The position numbers and the translations under genes are program-made. Source: an uncultured Chloroflexia bacterium (GTDB lineage: Bacteria > Chloroflexota > Limnocylindria > Limnocylindrales > CSP1-4). Taken from it: DNA of 64,000 nucleotides. Below, in pieces: positions 11,595-21,511 of this stretch. Under the pieces are notes generated by a model. It made no database searches. It was not told where the DNA came from and worked only from the letters and a program-made list of their open reading frames with translations. The first letter of the stretch is position 1; each line of letters opens with the position of its first letter. Location of the stretch: the NCBI GenBank assembly GCA_963712745.1, contig CAVQJC010000006.1, positions 160,001 to 224,000 of the forward strand. The letters are read 5' to 3'.

Positions 11595-13605
11595 GTGCCG
11601 CTCCTCTGCGCTGCGCCGATCGTCTCTTCCACGACCGTGGTCTCTTCCACGACCGTGGTCTCTTCCACGCCCATGGTCTCTTCCACTAGCTCCACGATGT
11701 CCCGGATGACGAGCGATCCTTCCAGCTCTGTGGTCTTGAGAGCATCACGGAACATGACGAGGTCCTTGGGGCAAGCCACGACCATGGTGGTGACCCCCTG
11801 AAGGCCGGCAGCCTCGCGGACGCGGCTCTCGGCCGGTCGCTCACCGCCGGACGCGGTGTCCTCCATCCAGATCCGCCCGCCACCGGCCCCGCAGCAGTAC
11901 GCGGACGAGCGGTTGCGCGGCATCTCCACCAGCTCGAGCCCCAGCTGCTTCAGGACGCTGCGCGGGGCCTCGTAGACGCCTCCATAGCGGCCTAGGTAGC
12001 ACGGGTCGTGGTAGGTGACCCGGGCGCCGGGGTTCGGGGAGAAGGCGAGGCGGCCCGACGAGATGAGCTCGTCGAGGACCTCGGTGTAGTGCTTGACCTG
12101 CCCATCCAGCCCGTATTCATGCTTGAGGACGAAGTAGGTATGCGGGTCCGTCGTCACGATGGTCTTGAACTGCGATGACTCGAGGGCCGCCGAGTTCTTG
12201 TCCTTCAGCATCTCGAAGAGGCCTTCTTCGCCGAGGCGGCGGATGTCGTTGCCGGCGTTCTGCTCGGCGTCGTAGAGGATCCCGAAGTCCAGGGCCGCTC
12301 GATCGAAGACGCGGGCTGCTGCTCGAGTGACCTCCTGGACCCGAGGGTCGAACGACGCGTAGTCGCCGACGTACCAGAGGTACTCGACAGGCTCCTTGCG
12401 GGCGTCGCGGACCTCGAAATCCAGGTCCCGCGTCCACTTGGGCCGACTGCGCGGCGACTGGCCGAACGAGTTGCCATAACGGGTCATGCCCATGAGCATG
12501 TCCTGGACCCCGGTCCCGACGGCCCCCTCGCCCATCAGATGCCGCCGCATCTGGACGATGAGTGGGACGTGTTCGTTGAAGACGGGGCAACGCTCCATGC
12601 AGGCCATGCACGTCGTGCAGGACCAGATGGCCTCAGGGCCTACCGTATCGATGAGACTCCCCTTCCCGTCACCGTCCGCCGCAGCGAGGACCATCCGCCT
12701 GACGTCATGGATAAGGTCCCGGGGCGAGAGCACCCGCACCGGAGGCGAACGCCGGACAGGCCCGGTCGCAGCGACCACACTCGGCACAGGCGAGGCCGTT
12801 GAACAACTCCCGCCAGGTGAAGTCCTCCAGTCGTGCGGCTCCCTCTGATGGCAGCGGCGTCATCGCCAGGGTCCAGGGAGGCAGTGAAGACGTTGAACGG
12901 CGAGGCCAACAAATGGAGGTGCTTGGAGTACGGCAGGTAGGCCAGGAAGCCCAGCACTGCGAGCATGTGCACCCACCACATCGACAGATACAGCGACTCG
13001 GCAGTCGCTGTAGAGATGCCGCCGAGCCACGAACCGATCAACTCACCGATCGGGCTCCCGCTCACGGCCTCCGGTTCGGCGGCGGCCTTCGCCCCCTGGC
13101 CGACGAGGAAGGTCACCATGAGGAGCGCGATGAGCACGAGGATGAACCCGGCGTCCCGAGACAGCGTCAGTCGCGGCGGCGGGAAAGCGAACCGGCGAAC
13201 GGCCACTCCGGCTAGTGCGACCAGGGTGGCCACGCTCAGCAACTCCATGGGGAAGGTGATCCATGGCACTTCGTCGGCGTACGGGATCGGCAGGAACGGG
13301 AACAGGCCCCGGAGGAGATTCCAGGCGAAGCTGCCCGCGTAGAAGATGAAGGTCCAGAAGATGATGAGGTGGGCCAGCCCCATCCCGAGGTTATCGAACA
13401 TGCGGCGCTGGCCCGCCACGTTGACCACGACGTTCCAGAGCCGGCGCGGGGCCTGATCCCAGCGCGGTTCAGCCCTCCCTCGGCCGACCGTGGTCAGGAT
13501 CATGTAGGCCCGCCGCCCGAAGATGACGCCAACCACCAAGGTGATCGCCCACAGGTAGACGAAGCCGGGGATGCCGAGGTAGGTCGTCGTGGTCGGATCC
13601 GGCAT
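11591..13605 (-). CDS. Membrane-anchored Fe-S oxidoreductase (NarI/HdrE-like heme-b membrane domain + 2x4Fe-4S + CCG domains; HdrF/FadF/EMO-like), frameshifted
   Basis: Five TM helices with AHLIIFW, WWVHML, PYSKHLH; CAECGRCDRACP; WSCTTCMACMERCP; TYHDPCYLGR; CCGAGGG; shifts near 12860 and 12740. Confidence 0.88.
11622..11686. repeat. In-frame 18 bp tandem repeat (about 3.6 units) encoding VEETxx
   Basis: gtctcttccac starts at 11622, 11640, 11658 and 11676. Confidence 0.9.
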
Positions 13606-13610
13606 CGGTG

Positions 13611-14586
13611 CTACCCCTTCCGCTTCCTGACCGCCTCCGCCAGCGCCTCCAGGACGTCGGTGGCATCCTCGACGTAGCCGTAGTGCGCGACCGAGAAGAT
13701 GGGGGCATCAGGGTCGGTGTTGACGGCGATGATCGAGATCGGCGTCTCGCATGCCCTCGACGTGCTCGGGAGCGCCGCTGATGCCTGCCGCGACGTACAG
13801 TCGCGGTTTCACGGTCACGCCGGACTTCCCGACCTGGCGCGCGAGTGGGAGCCACGCCTGGTCGATCACCGGCCGCGAGCCACAGACGGCCCCGCCCAGC
13901 ACATCGGCCAACTCCTGGGCGACTTCGAGATTGGCCTCCATGCCGATGCCTCGGCCTACCGAGACGAGGACATCCTGTTGGGCGATGTCGACGTCGCCGA
14001 CCTCTGGGGCTTCGAACTCGAGCAGGCGTACGCGGGAGTCATCGGCCAGCTCGACCGACACATCCTCCACCACAGGCTCGGTGGTACCTCGGCCTGCATC
14101 GGGTGGTCTCGTCCCGGGCATGACAGCGAACACCGTGGGCGCGGACTCGGCCGTCACCGTCACGGCCATCTTCCCGCCGTACAGCAGGCTGGTGGCCTGT
14201 AGCACACCGTCGACCACCGCGACGTCCTGGCAGAAGTTGACGAATGGGGCCTCGAGTCGCCCAGGCAGCAGCCCGAGCAGGTCCCAGCTGACGTTCGTGG
14301 CCGGTACCAGGAGTGCTGCAGGGGTGCGGTCTGCAGCCAGCGAGGCGAGCGCGCGGCTGGTCTGTTCGCCGGTGGCATCGGCGAGGACGGCATGGTCGAC
14401 GTAGAGGACCGCATCGGCCACGCCCAGTGACGCGGACAACTCTCGTATCCCGTGGCCGAGCAACGTGGCCTCGAGACGCACGCCAAGCGAATCGGCCAGC
14501 TCGCGCCCGAGCGCCAGGGTCTCGTATGTGACGTCCGAGATCTCACCCTTCCAGTGATCGACCACCACCCATACGTTGCCTGTCAT
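13611..14586 (-). CDS. etfA: Electron transfer flavoprotein alpha subunit, frameshifted
   Basis: [43 protein letters not shown]; after shift near 13735 continues [18 protein letters not shown]. Confidence 0.93.
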
Positions 14587-14597
14587 GTGCATCTCCA

Positions 14598-15379
14598 TCA
14601 GAGCAGACCCCGGTCAGCCAGGAGGTCGGCGACCTTCTCGGCCACGTCCGGCACCGATCCCTCGAGCATCTCTGCATGCCCGGTCACGGTGGGCTTGGCC
14701 ATGGCCGTGACCCGGACCGCATCCGCTGACTGTTGCGCTCACGGCTGTGGCGTCCTCGATGCCCCCCGAAGCCATGGCGGCTCGGACCTTGGCGATCGGG
14801 ACATAGCGCGGTGGCTTCTCACAGCCCTGGACGCCGATGAAGGCAGGAAGGGCGATCTCGAAGCGTCCCATCACGCCGCCGGCGTATTCCTTGGACGCGA
14901 CGGCCACCCCGGCGCCGGGTGCGACCGCGATGCGACTGACCAGGCCCAGGTATGGCAGGTCGAGCGCCGAGGCGAGGAGCGGCGCCGTGAACCCGTCGAG
15001 ATCGTCGATGGCCTGGCAGCCGCTGAGCACCATGTCCGCTGGGAGCGACATCGGGGATGCTGGGGAGCGTGGCGGCCAGCGTGGCGGCCAGGGAGCGGGA
15101 GCCCGCGCCGTCGGCGGCCCCCGAGACTTTGACTACGCGGTCGGCGCCCTTGGCCAGCGCGGTATAGAGCACGTCATCGACCTCGGGCGCTTCCGGCGCC
15201 ACCACGGTCACGTTCGCCTCCAGGCGATCCTTCAGGAGCAGCGCCTGCTCCAGGGCATAGTCGTCGCGCTCGTTGACGATGAACCGCAGGTACTCCTGGT
15301 CGAGCGAGGTGCCGTCACCGGCGACCTCCAGCTCCTCCACGATGTCGGGCACCATCTTCATCAGGACTAGGATCTTCAT
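14598..15379 (-). CDS. etfB: Electron transfer flavoprotein beta subunit, frameshifted
   Basis: MKILVLMKMVPD, DDYALEQALLLK, ALAKGAD, GCQAIDD, KPPRYVP across frames. Confidence 0.9.
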
Positions 15380-15427
15380 GGCGCCAGCACTTCCTCCTTG
15401 CGCGGCCTTGCCTCGGATCTTGGTCGG

Positions 15428-16627
15428 TCAGTCATCTAGTGCCTCGGCGACCAGCTCCATCACGTCCCGTACTACCATGCGGTCGTCGTACCCAAGCACC
15501 TTCAGGGAGTCCTCGAAGCGGGGAACCTCGTAGGGGCAGGACACCGCCAGCACGTCCGCGCCTGTGGCGATGGCCTCTGCCACCCGGCGGTCGGACAGAC
15601 GAGGATGTCCCTTGGCCTTGTAGTGGGTGTCGAGCCACATCCCGCCACCGCCACCACCGCAGCAGATGGTGTCGTCCCGGTTGTGGGTCATCTCGACGAG
15701 GCTCACGCCGGGCAGGGCCTCTAGGATGCGGCGCGGCTCATCGTGCATGTGGTTGTGCCGGCCAAGCACGCAGGAGTCGTGGTACGTGATCCGGTACCCG
15801 AGCTCCCGGGTAAGGCGCGGCTTGAGGGCGTCGAGATGGTTCGCCAGGAACGGTGTGGTGTGGTGCACGGGGCGATCCAGCCCGAGGGCCGGATACACGT
15901 AGCTGAAGGCATCGAAGGCGTGCGGATCCGAGGTGAGCAGCGAAGCGTACGCGTACTTCCCGAAGGTGGCCATGTTCTGTTCCCGCAGGGTGTCGAACAG
16001 GCCTCGCTCGCCCGCCAGGCGGGCACACTCCCCGGCGCACTTCTCCTCGGCCCCCAGGATGGCGAAGTCGATCCCGAGGGTAGCCAGGACCCGTGCGGTG
16101 GCCCGTGCGTTGTCCTGGCCGCGCGGGTAATACGCGGCGTAGCACTCGACGACCCACAGCACGTCGACTGGCCGACCCAGGTCGCGCAGGATAGGGACCG
16201 GCACCTCCGCGCTTTCTGTCCAGGCCGCCCTCTTGCGCGGCGATTCACCCATCGGGTTGCCGTAGCGCATCGTGTTCGAGAGCGCGCTCTGCAACTCCGC
16301 GGGCACCTCGGGGAGCTGGATCAGCAACTGCTCCTTGACCACGGGTAGGAGGACATCGGTGAGGTGGAGACCACGAGGGCACTTGGCCCAGCAGTCATAG
16401 CAGGTGACGCAGCTGAGCAGGTCGTCGCTGTTGATCACCTCGTCGATGAAGCCCTCCCGCAGCATGCCGATGAGGCGGCGCGGGGTGAAGTGCATCACGT
16501 CGCCATAGGGGCATGCGCCGGCGCAGGTCCCACACTGGATGCAGCTCAGCAGCGGCCGGCCCTCGGGCGAGGAGAGGAGACCGTCGAGCGTGAGGTCCGG
16601 GGTCTCAAGCATGGTCGCCGTTGCCAT
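15428..16627 (-). CDS. Soluble HdrD-like Fe-S protein (HdrC-like ferredoxin + two CCG domains)
   Basis: CIQCGTCAGACP, CVTCYDCWAKCPRG, EEKCAG, TYHDSCVLGR, CCGGGGGG, VSCPY. Confidence 0.88.
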   Translation of the reverse strand: MATATMLETPDLTLDGLLSSPEGRPLLSCIQCGTCAGACPYGDVMHFTPRRLIGMLREGFIDEVINSDDLLSCVTCYDCWAKCPRGLHLTDVLLPVVKEQLLIQLPEVPAELQSALSNTMRYGNPMGESPRKRAAWTESAEVPVPILRDLGRPVDVLWVVECYAAYYPRGQDNARATARVLATLGIDFAILGAEEKCAGECARLAGERGLFDTLREQNMATFGKYAYASLLTSDPHAFDAFSYVYPALGLDRPVHHTTPFLANHLDALKPRLTRELGYRITYHDSCVLGRHNHMHDEPRRILEALPGVSLVEMTHNRDDTICCGGGGGGMWLDTHYKAKGHPRLSDRRVAEAIATGADVLAVSCPYEVPRFEDSLKVLGYDDRMVVRDVMELVAEALDD

Positions 16628-16920
16628 CGGTCGCTCCCCACTGTTCATCGATCTGGGCCGGCCGCCGCTCACGCGGGCTTGATGACCGTCCCGTTCTATC
16701 AGGGCGAACCTGCCGATCCGTTCTCGACCGACCAGGGCGCCGGTTGCGGTAACTTGGATTGCGCGGGGGGGAACGTATCGAGTCTCAGTGGCGCTGCACG
16801 GCTGCAAACAGTGCCGATAGGACCTCGTGGCCCGGGCCGAAGGCAACGGGAAGGTCGATCCGCCCATGATGGCCGCCGGAACCGATCGATCGGACTCGCC
16901 ACATGAAACGTCGCCACCAC

Positions 16921-16982
16921 GGTTGGCACCCTCACCGGGGTTGGCATCCTCATCAGGCTCCGTCGCGTCGTCGGCGTATAGT
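16921..16982 (+). promoter_or_regulatory. 18 bp direct repeat (x2) followed by a TATAGT -10 element; candidate activator site for the second hypA
   Basis: ggttggcaccctcaccgg / ggttggcatcctcatcag at 16921 and 16939; TATAGT at 16977-16982. Confidence 0.45.
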
Positions 16983-17081
16983 GGAGCGAGGTCGTCGACA
17001 TGGCTGTCCTCGACGACGCGACGGGGGTACTGGGCCGCATCGCGTATGCGTGGCCCGACATCACCAGAGGGGGGTCCGTGA

Positions 17082-17348
17082 ATGCATGAAGCCGGCGTGA
17101 CCGAACGCATCCTGGAGATCGTCCTCCAGCACGCGAAGGAAGCCCACGCCACACGGGTGACCGACGTCTACCTGGAGGTGGGCGAGGAGTCGGGTATCGA
17201 CACCGACTCCGTCGAGCTCCACTGGCCGCTCCTCGCGGAAGGCTCCGTGGCCGAGGGCTCGATCCTGCACTTCGACACCAAGGAGGATGAGCCGTTCTCC
17301 TTCCGACTGACCAGCATCGAGGTCGACGAGGCAGTCGTCGCCGGCTGA
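17082..17348 (+). CDS. hypA: Second HypA homologue lacking the Zn-finger
   Basis: MHEAGVTERILEIV…VTDVYLEVGE…AEGSILHF…FRLTSIEVD; no Cys; clearly paralogous to 5617..5889. Confidence 0.85.
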   Translation: MHEAGVTERILEIVLQHAKEAHATRVTDVYLEVGEESGIDTDSVELHWPLLAEGSVAEGSILHFDTKEDEPFSFRLTSIEVDEAVVAG

Positions 17349-17431
17349 CACGACTGGGCGCGTCTCCCCTGCGCCCGGCTGAAGGACCGCAGAAGCAGCC
17401 CCTCGGGCCGGCCCGCGGGGCTCGTCCATGC

Positions 17432-19273
17432 CTAGGGTTCGGACTCCCTGGGCAGCGGCACGAAACGAACCGCATCGAACGCCACGCGCCGGCCGAGCGA
17501 GCCACTCTCGCCGGTCTTGTCGATGAGCTGGACGACCGAGGTCGGGGTCAGCTGGTGGACGCCCAGGCCGACCCAGCGGCCAGCACCCTTCTGCTGGTCA
17601 CGGGTCCTCCTGACCCAGCCGTCGGGTGTCCTGATCTTGTAGGTGGCGCTGCGAGTGGCAGCGTCCTGGCGTGGGATGTGGGCGAGGACCTGGTAGCGGC
17701 CGGCCGGCAGCTCCGGCCTCCAGACGGCATACCGCTCCCGAGTCCCGACCCTCGTGGGCGCCCAGAAGTGATGATCGGCGTAGCCGCTGGTCGCCTGTCG
17801 CCAGCCCGATCCGTAGCGGCGGAACCCTGGGTCGAGATCGTCGACATAGACCGTCACCGGCTCCGGAGCGCAGCGCTCTGCGAGCGCGCCCGCGTCGAGC
17901 CGTCCTCCACTCACGGTCAGTCCCGCCAGCGAGTCCGTGGCCGCAGCGGTCTCGATGAGCCGCGCGTGGATCTGACGCGCCGTCAGGGCCGGGTCGAGGC
18001 TGGCACACAGGGCCGCGGCTCCACTGACGTGAGCCGCGGCCATGCTGGTGCCGGTGTAGCCGGCGTAGCCCTCGACCCCATCGGGGTGAGTGCTGCTGAT
18101 GCCCGTGCCCGGCGCGCCCAGGTCCACGCCCGCTGCACCCCAGTCCGAGTCGGGACGCCGAGCTCCGTCCGGCTGCAGGTTGGCCACGGCCATGAGGCAG
18201 TCCCAGCCGCGGTCGCTGCCGTCGGCACGTGTGGCACAGCGGTAGGCCGCCGGATACACGGGCGCGCGGTCGATATCCCGGCCCTCGTTCCCGGCCGCGG
18301 CCACGAACAGGATGTCGGCATCGCCGGCACGGGCGATGGCGTCGGCAAGCGCCTCACTGTGGCCACCTCCGCTCCAGCTGTTGTTGGTGGCCACGACACG
18401 CAGGCCGTGACGCAGCTTGAGGTCGGTGATGTAGTCGAGCGCCGCGATCGCGTCGCTGATGTACCCACCGCCGGGGCCCATGAACCTGGCCGGGATGAGC
18501 GTCACGCGCCAGCTCACGCCGGCCACACCGCGGCCGTTGCCGCCTCGAGCGCCGATGGTGCCCGCCACGTGAGTTCCGTGATCGTCGGCCGCACCGTGGT
18601 AGACGGTGGCGTCGCCGCCGAGGAAGTCCCAGCCATGGATGTCGTCGATGTAGCCGTTGCCATCGTCGTCGCGTCCGTTGACGGACTCCCATGGGTTGGT
18701 CCAGACGTTCGGCTCGAGGTCCGGGTGCGTGATCTTGACACCCTCGTCGACGATGCCCACGTGGACCCCGGCCGAGCCGATGCGACCGTCCGCCCAGGCT
18801 TCGCCGGCGCCTGTACCGAAGGCGTTGGCGTGCGGCACGGTCCCGTCGCCGTACATGCCCCAGAGATCGCCCCTGGCGTACCACGGGTCGTCGGCGGTAG
18901 CCGCCGGCCACACCCGGTAGTCCGGCTCCACCCATGCGACGCCCCGGCGTGCGCCGATGCTCAAGAGGGCGGAACCCACGGAGGTACCGCGCACCAGGCG
19001 CACCACCGCCGTGTCCTCCGCCAGGGGCGAGACCGGTCGCCCGGCCGAGGTGCCGGCGGCTGAGACGGCGAGCTTCCTCTTCGCCTTGGAGGCTCCGGCC
19101 TTGAACCCGACGATGACGCGATCGGGAGCGTGTGGTCGGGCCAGGGCCCTGGCCACGCCGGCGTCGTCAGCGCTGGCCACAGCGGCTGCTGCCACCGGGG
19201 CAGCCAAGGCGACCAGCAGGAGTCCGGCCAGGAAGGGACGGCGAGCGTGCGGCCGCGTGGCAGACGTGTCCAT
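17432..19273 (-). CDS. Secreted S8 subtilisin-like serine protease with C-terminal golvesin/Xly CBM-like domain
   Basis: Signal peptide; GIVDEG, DHGTHVAGTI, AAAGN, GTSMAAAHV; NGRDDDGNGYIDDIHGWDF; C-terminal GRYQV…GRWVGLG…VAFDAVRF. Confidence 0.9.
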   Translation of the reverse strand: MDTSATRPHARRPFLAGLLLVALAAPVAAAAVASADDAGVARALARPHAPDRVIVGFKAGASKAKRKLAVSAAGTSAGRPVSPLAEDTAVVRLVRGTSVGSALLSIGARRGVAWVEPDYRVWPAATADDPWYARGDLWGMYGDGTVPHANAFGTGAGEAWADGRIGSAGVHVGIVDEGVKITHPDLEPNVWTNPWESVNGRDDDGNGYIDDIHGWDFLGGDATVYHGAADDHGTHVAGTIGARGGNGRGVAGVSWRVTLIPARFMGPGGGYISDAIAALDYITDLKLRHGLRVVATNNSWSGGGHSEALADAIARAGDADILFVAAAGNEGRDIDRAPVYPAAYRCATRADGSDRGWDCLMAVANLQPDGARRPDSDWGAAGVDLGAPGTGISSTHPDGVEGYAGYTGTSMAAAHVSGAAALCASLDPALTARQIHARLIETAAATDSLAGLTVSGGRLDAGALAERCAPEPVTVYVDDLDPGFRRYGSGWRQATSGYADHHFWAPTRVGTRERYAVWRPELPAGRYQVLAHIPRQDAATRSATYKIRTPDGWVRRTRDQQKGAGRWVGLGVHQLTPTSVVQLIDKTGESGSLGRRVAFDAVRFVPLPRESEP

Positions 19274-19383
19274 GACCCAAACGGTACGCAGCGGCCCTTA
19301 TGCGCCGGTTCACCCGGCTGTGGATAGCGAGCCGGGGCGCGTGCACCCCTGCAGCGTCGGCCGAGATGGCCTAGCGTCAGGGC

Positions 19384-20472
19384 ATGGCACATCTCGCCGA
19401 CGCAGCGCACCCGGGGATCGTGGCCCGCGCCCTCGGCGGCGCCGTCCGCGGTTTCAAACGTGTGCTCATGCGCGTCATCATGCAACCCACGTTCCGGCTC
19501 GAAGATGACCTCGCTGCCCGGCCCGGGGTCGTCCACGCCGCGCCCGTGTCGCCCCGTCGCATCGAGATCGTCCGGGAGTCGATGGAGGTCGAGGGATTGC
19601 ACCGGCCCATGCCGGGCTTCCCACGCTCCATGCCACACGTGCTCTCGAGCGCCCGCAACATCGCCGCCTCGCTGCGGGAGGTCGACGACAACCCGGCCGA
19701 CCCGCGCACCACGATGGATGAGCAGGAGCGCGCAGCGTTCGAGACCTTCATGCGCGCGGTCGGCGTCGATACGTATGGCTACACCAAGGTGCCGCCGGAG
19801 CTCGTCTTCGAGGGCAAGGCCGTGCTCCACCCCAACGCCGTCGTGCTCGCGATGGAGATGGACAAGGCGCGCATGGACCACGCGCCCAGCCCGGACACGG
19901 CGGTGATGGTCCACGAGACGTACAACGAGCTGGGCATCGCCGCCAACCGCATCGCGCGCCACCTGCGCGAGCTCGGCTACTCCGCCCAGGCCAGCCACCC
20001 GCTCGGCGGGTTGACGCTCTACCCACCCCTGGCCGAGGCCGCCGGGCTCGGCCGCCAGGGCATGCACGGCCTGCTCATCACACCCGAGTTCGGCCCACGC
20101 GTGCGCCTCGCGGCCGTGTTCACGAGCATCGAGGACCTGCCCGACACGGGCACCGACGAGCACGACTGGATCGACGACTTCTGCCGGGAGTGCACCAAGT
20201 GCGTGCGCCGCTGCCCACCTGCGGCCATCCGCTCCGAGCCGCTCCGTCACGAGGGCGGACGCGTCAGCTGCGTCGACCCCGAACGTTGCCTGCCCTACTT
20301 CGTGCGCAACAACGGCTGCTCCATCTGTATCGCTGTCTGTCCCTTCCACCTGCGCGACTACGGATGGCTCCGCGAGCGCTGGCAGCGGCATGGCCGGCAC
20401 GCGAGCGCCCTGCGCGAGAACCCGCCGGGCAACTTCCCGGAGCACCTGCGCCAGGGCCCGCCGTTGTCATAG
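19384..20472 (+). CDS. Reductive dehalogenase / epoxyqueuosine reductase-like 2x4Fe-4S (probably cobalamin-binding) protein
   Basis: LAMEMD…APS, LRELGYSA, AEAAGLGRQGMHGLLITPEFGPRVRLAAVFT, FCRECTKCVRRCP, CSICIAVCPF. Confidence 0.82.
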   Translation: MAHLADAAHPGIVARALGGAVRGFKRVLMRVIMQPTFRLEDDLAARPGVVHAAPVSPRRIEIVRESMEVEGLHRPMPGFPRSMPHVLSSARNIAASLREVDDNPADPRTTMDEQERAAFETFMRAVGVDTYGYTKVPPELVFEGKAVLHPNAVVLAMEMDKARMDHAPSPDTAVMVHETYNELGIAANRIARHLRELGYSAQASHPLGGLTLYPPLAEAAGLGRQGMHGLLITPEFGPRVRLAAVFTSIEDLPDTGTDEHDWIDDFCRECTKCVRRCPPAAIRSEPLRHEGGRVSCVDPERCLPYFVRNNGCSICIAVCPFHLRDYGWLRERWQRHGRHASALRENPPGNFPEHLRQGPPLS

Positions 20473-20483
20473 GCTTCTGGCCC

Positions 20484-20759
20484 ATGGCGAGCTACACAGT
20501 GATGTCCTGGCGGGGCATCCCCTCACAGGTCAAGGTCAGCGACGAGACGGGCACCACGGTGAGCAGGCAGCTGCCCCCATTCTTCCAACAGCAGATCGAC
20601 CGGGTGGCCATGACCGAAGGGATCATCGAGTCGGACGAGTATCTGGAGGCCTGGGCCTGGTCGGACGAGCGGACCCGCGAAGGCTCGGCCGAGGACGTGG
20701 CGTCGGTCCTTGTCGACGAACTCGCGGACGAGTGGAGGCGGGCGAACCCGTCGGCCTAG
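20484..20759 (+). CDS. Small 'virulence factor' (CvfA/B/C-type) domain protein
   Basis: WRGIPSQVKV…LP..FQ..IDRVAM..G…D.YL..W pattern. Confidence 0.7.
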   Translation: MASYTVMSWRGIPSQVKVSDETGTTVSRQLPPFFQQQIDRVAMTEGIIESDEYLEAWAWSDERTREGSAEDVASVLVDELADEWRRANPSA

Positions 20760-21511
20760 CCTCGTTCGAGATCGCCGGATACCACGATCTCGTCGGCGCC
20801 CATCGACACCGACCGGGCCACGAACCGGAGCTGAGTCCCGTCGCCCAGCTCGACCGAAGCCGGCAGCAGCGTCACCGCCTGCTCCCCTGCCCCGCCATCG
20901 GGCAGATGGTCGAAGAACCGTCTGCAGGCGCCCTCGGCGAAGAGGCTAGTCTCCACGCCCTGCTCGCCGCTCGCGATCACGGTCCCACTCTCGGCGTCGA
21001 CGGTGAGTGCGTCATCGATCCAGCAGGTGCCGTTGGGGATGTCCAGCGGTCCGGCGAAGACGAGCGTCGTGCGCAGCCGCGCCTCGGCGGGGAACCACTC
21101 GAGGTCCACGCTCGATGCGATGCCCGGGGTGGTCGGCGCTTCGGCCAGCATGCGGTCGGCGCCGGCCTCCAGGAAGGCCCGGTCGAAACGGGCGGTCCAC
21201 TGGTGTCCTGGCTCCAGACAGGCCGCGGCGATGCCTCCGCCGGTACCTGCGTGTCCGGCCCGCACATCGATGCGCCCGGGGCTCTCGCGGTCCATGGTCG
21301 GCTGTGGGAACAACGCCGTACGCGCCGAGACAGCCGATCCGACGGCGGACTCGAGGGCGTCGAGCTCGGCCTCTATGAGCACGCCGGCGACCACCTCCAG
21401 GCAGACGTCGGCCGGCTCGCCGGGGGCGGACGCGGCGGGCCCTGCCACCGACAGCAAGGCCAGCGCGAGGCTCCCGCTCAGCGCCAGCCCTGGGATCGGC
21501 CAGCGGCTCAT
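20756..21511 (-). CDS. Hypothetical secreted protein
   Basis: Signal peptide MSRWPIPGLALSGSLALALLSVAGPAASA; four Cys; ATG overlaps upstream stop. Confidence 0.65.
   Translation of the reverse strand: MSRWPIPGLALSGSLALALLSVAGPAASAPGEPADVCLEVVAGVLIEAELDALESAVGSAVSARTALFPQPTMDRESPGRIDVRAGHAGTGGGIAAACLEPGHQWTARFDRAFLEAGADRMLAEAPTTPGIASSVDLEWFPAEARLRTTLVFAGPLDIPNGTCWIDDALTVDAESGTVIASGEQGVETSLFAEGACRRFFDHLPDGGAGEQAVTLLPASVELGDGTQLRFVARSVSMGADEIVVSGDLERG

Noticed and set aside
16921-16960. TTGGCA as a sigma-54 -24 element
   Set aside because: No TTGC at the -12 position in either repeat
16989-17081. NiCo riboswitch upstream of hypA
   Set aside because: Hairpins are present but I could not find the conserved four-way-junction sequences
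17555-19063. Long antisense ORFs (also 18961..20445, 42885..44093, most of 57274..58590 and others)
   Set aside because: Shadows of real genes in high-GC DNA; no motifs of their own
19384-20472. Respiratory organohalide reductase (RdhAB)
   Set aside because: No twin-arginine signal and no adjacent small membrane anchor gene
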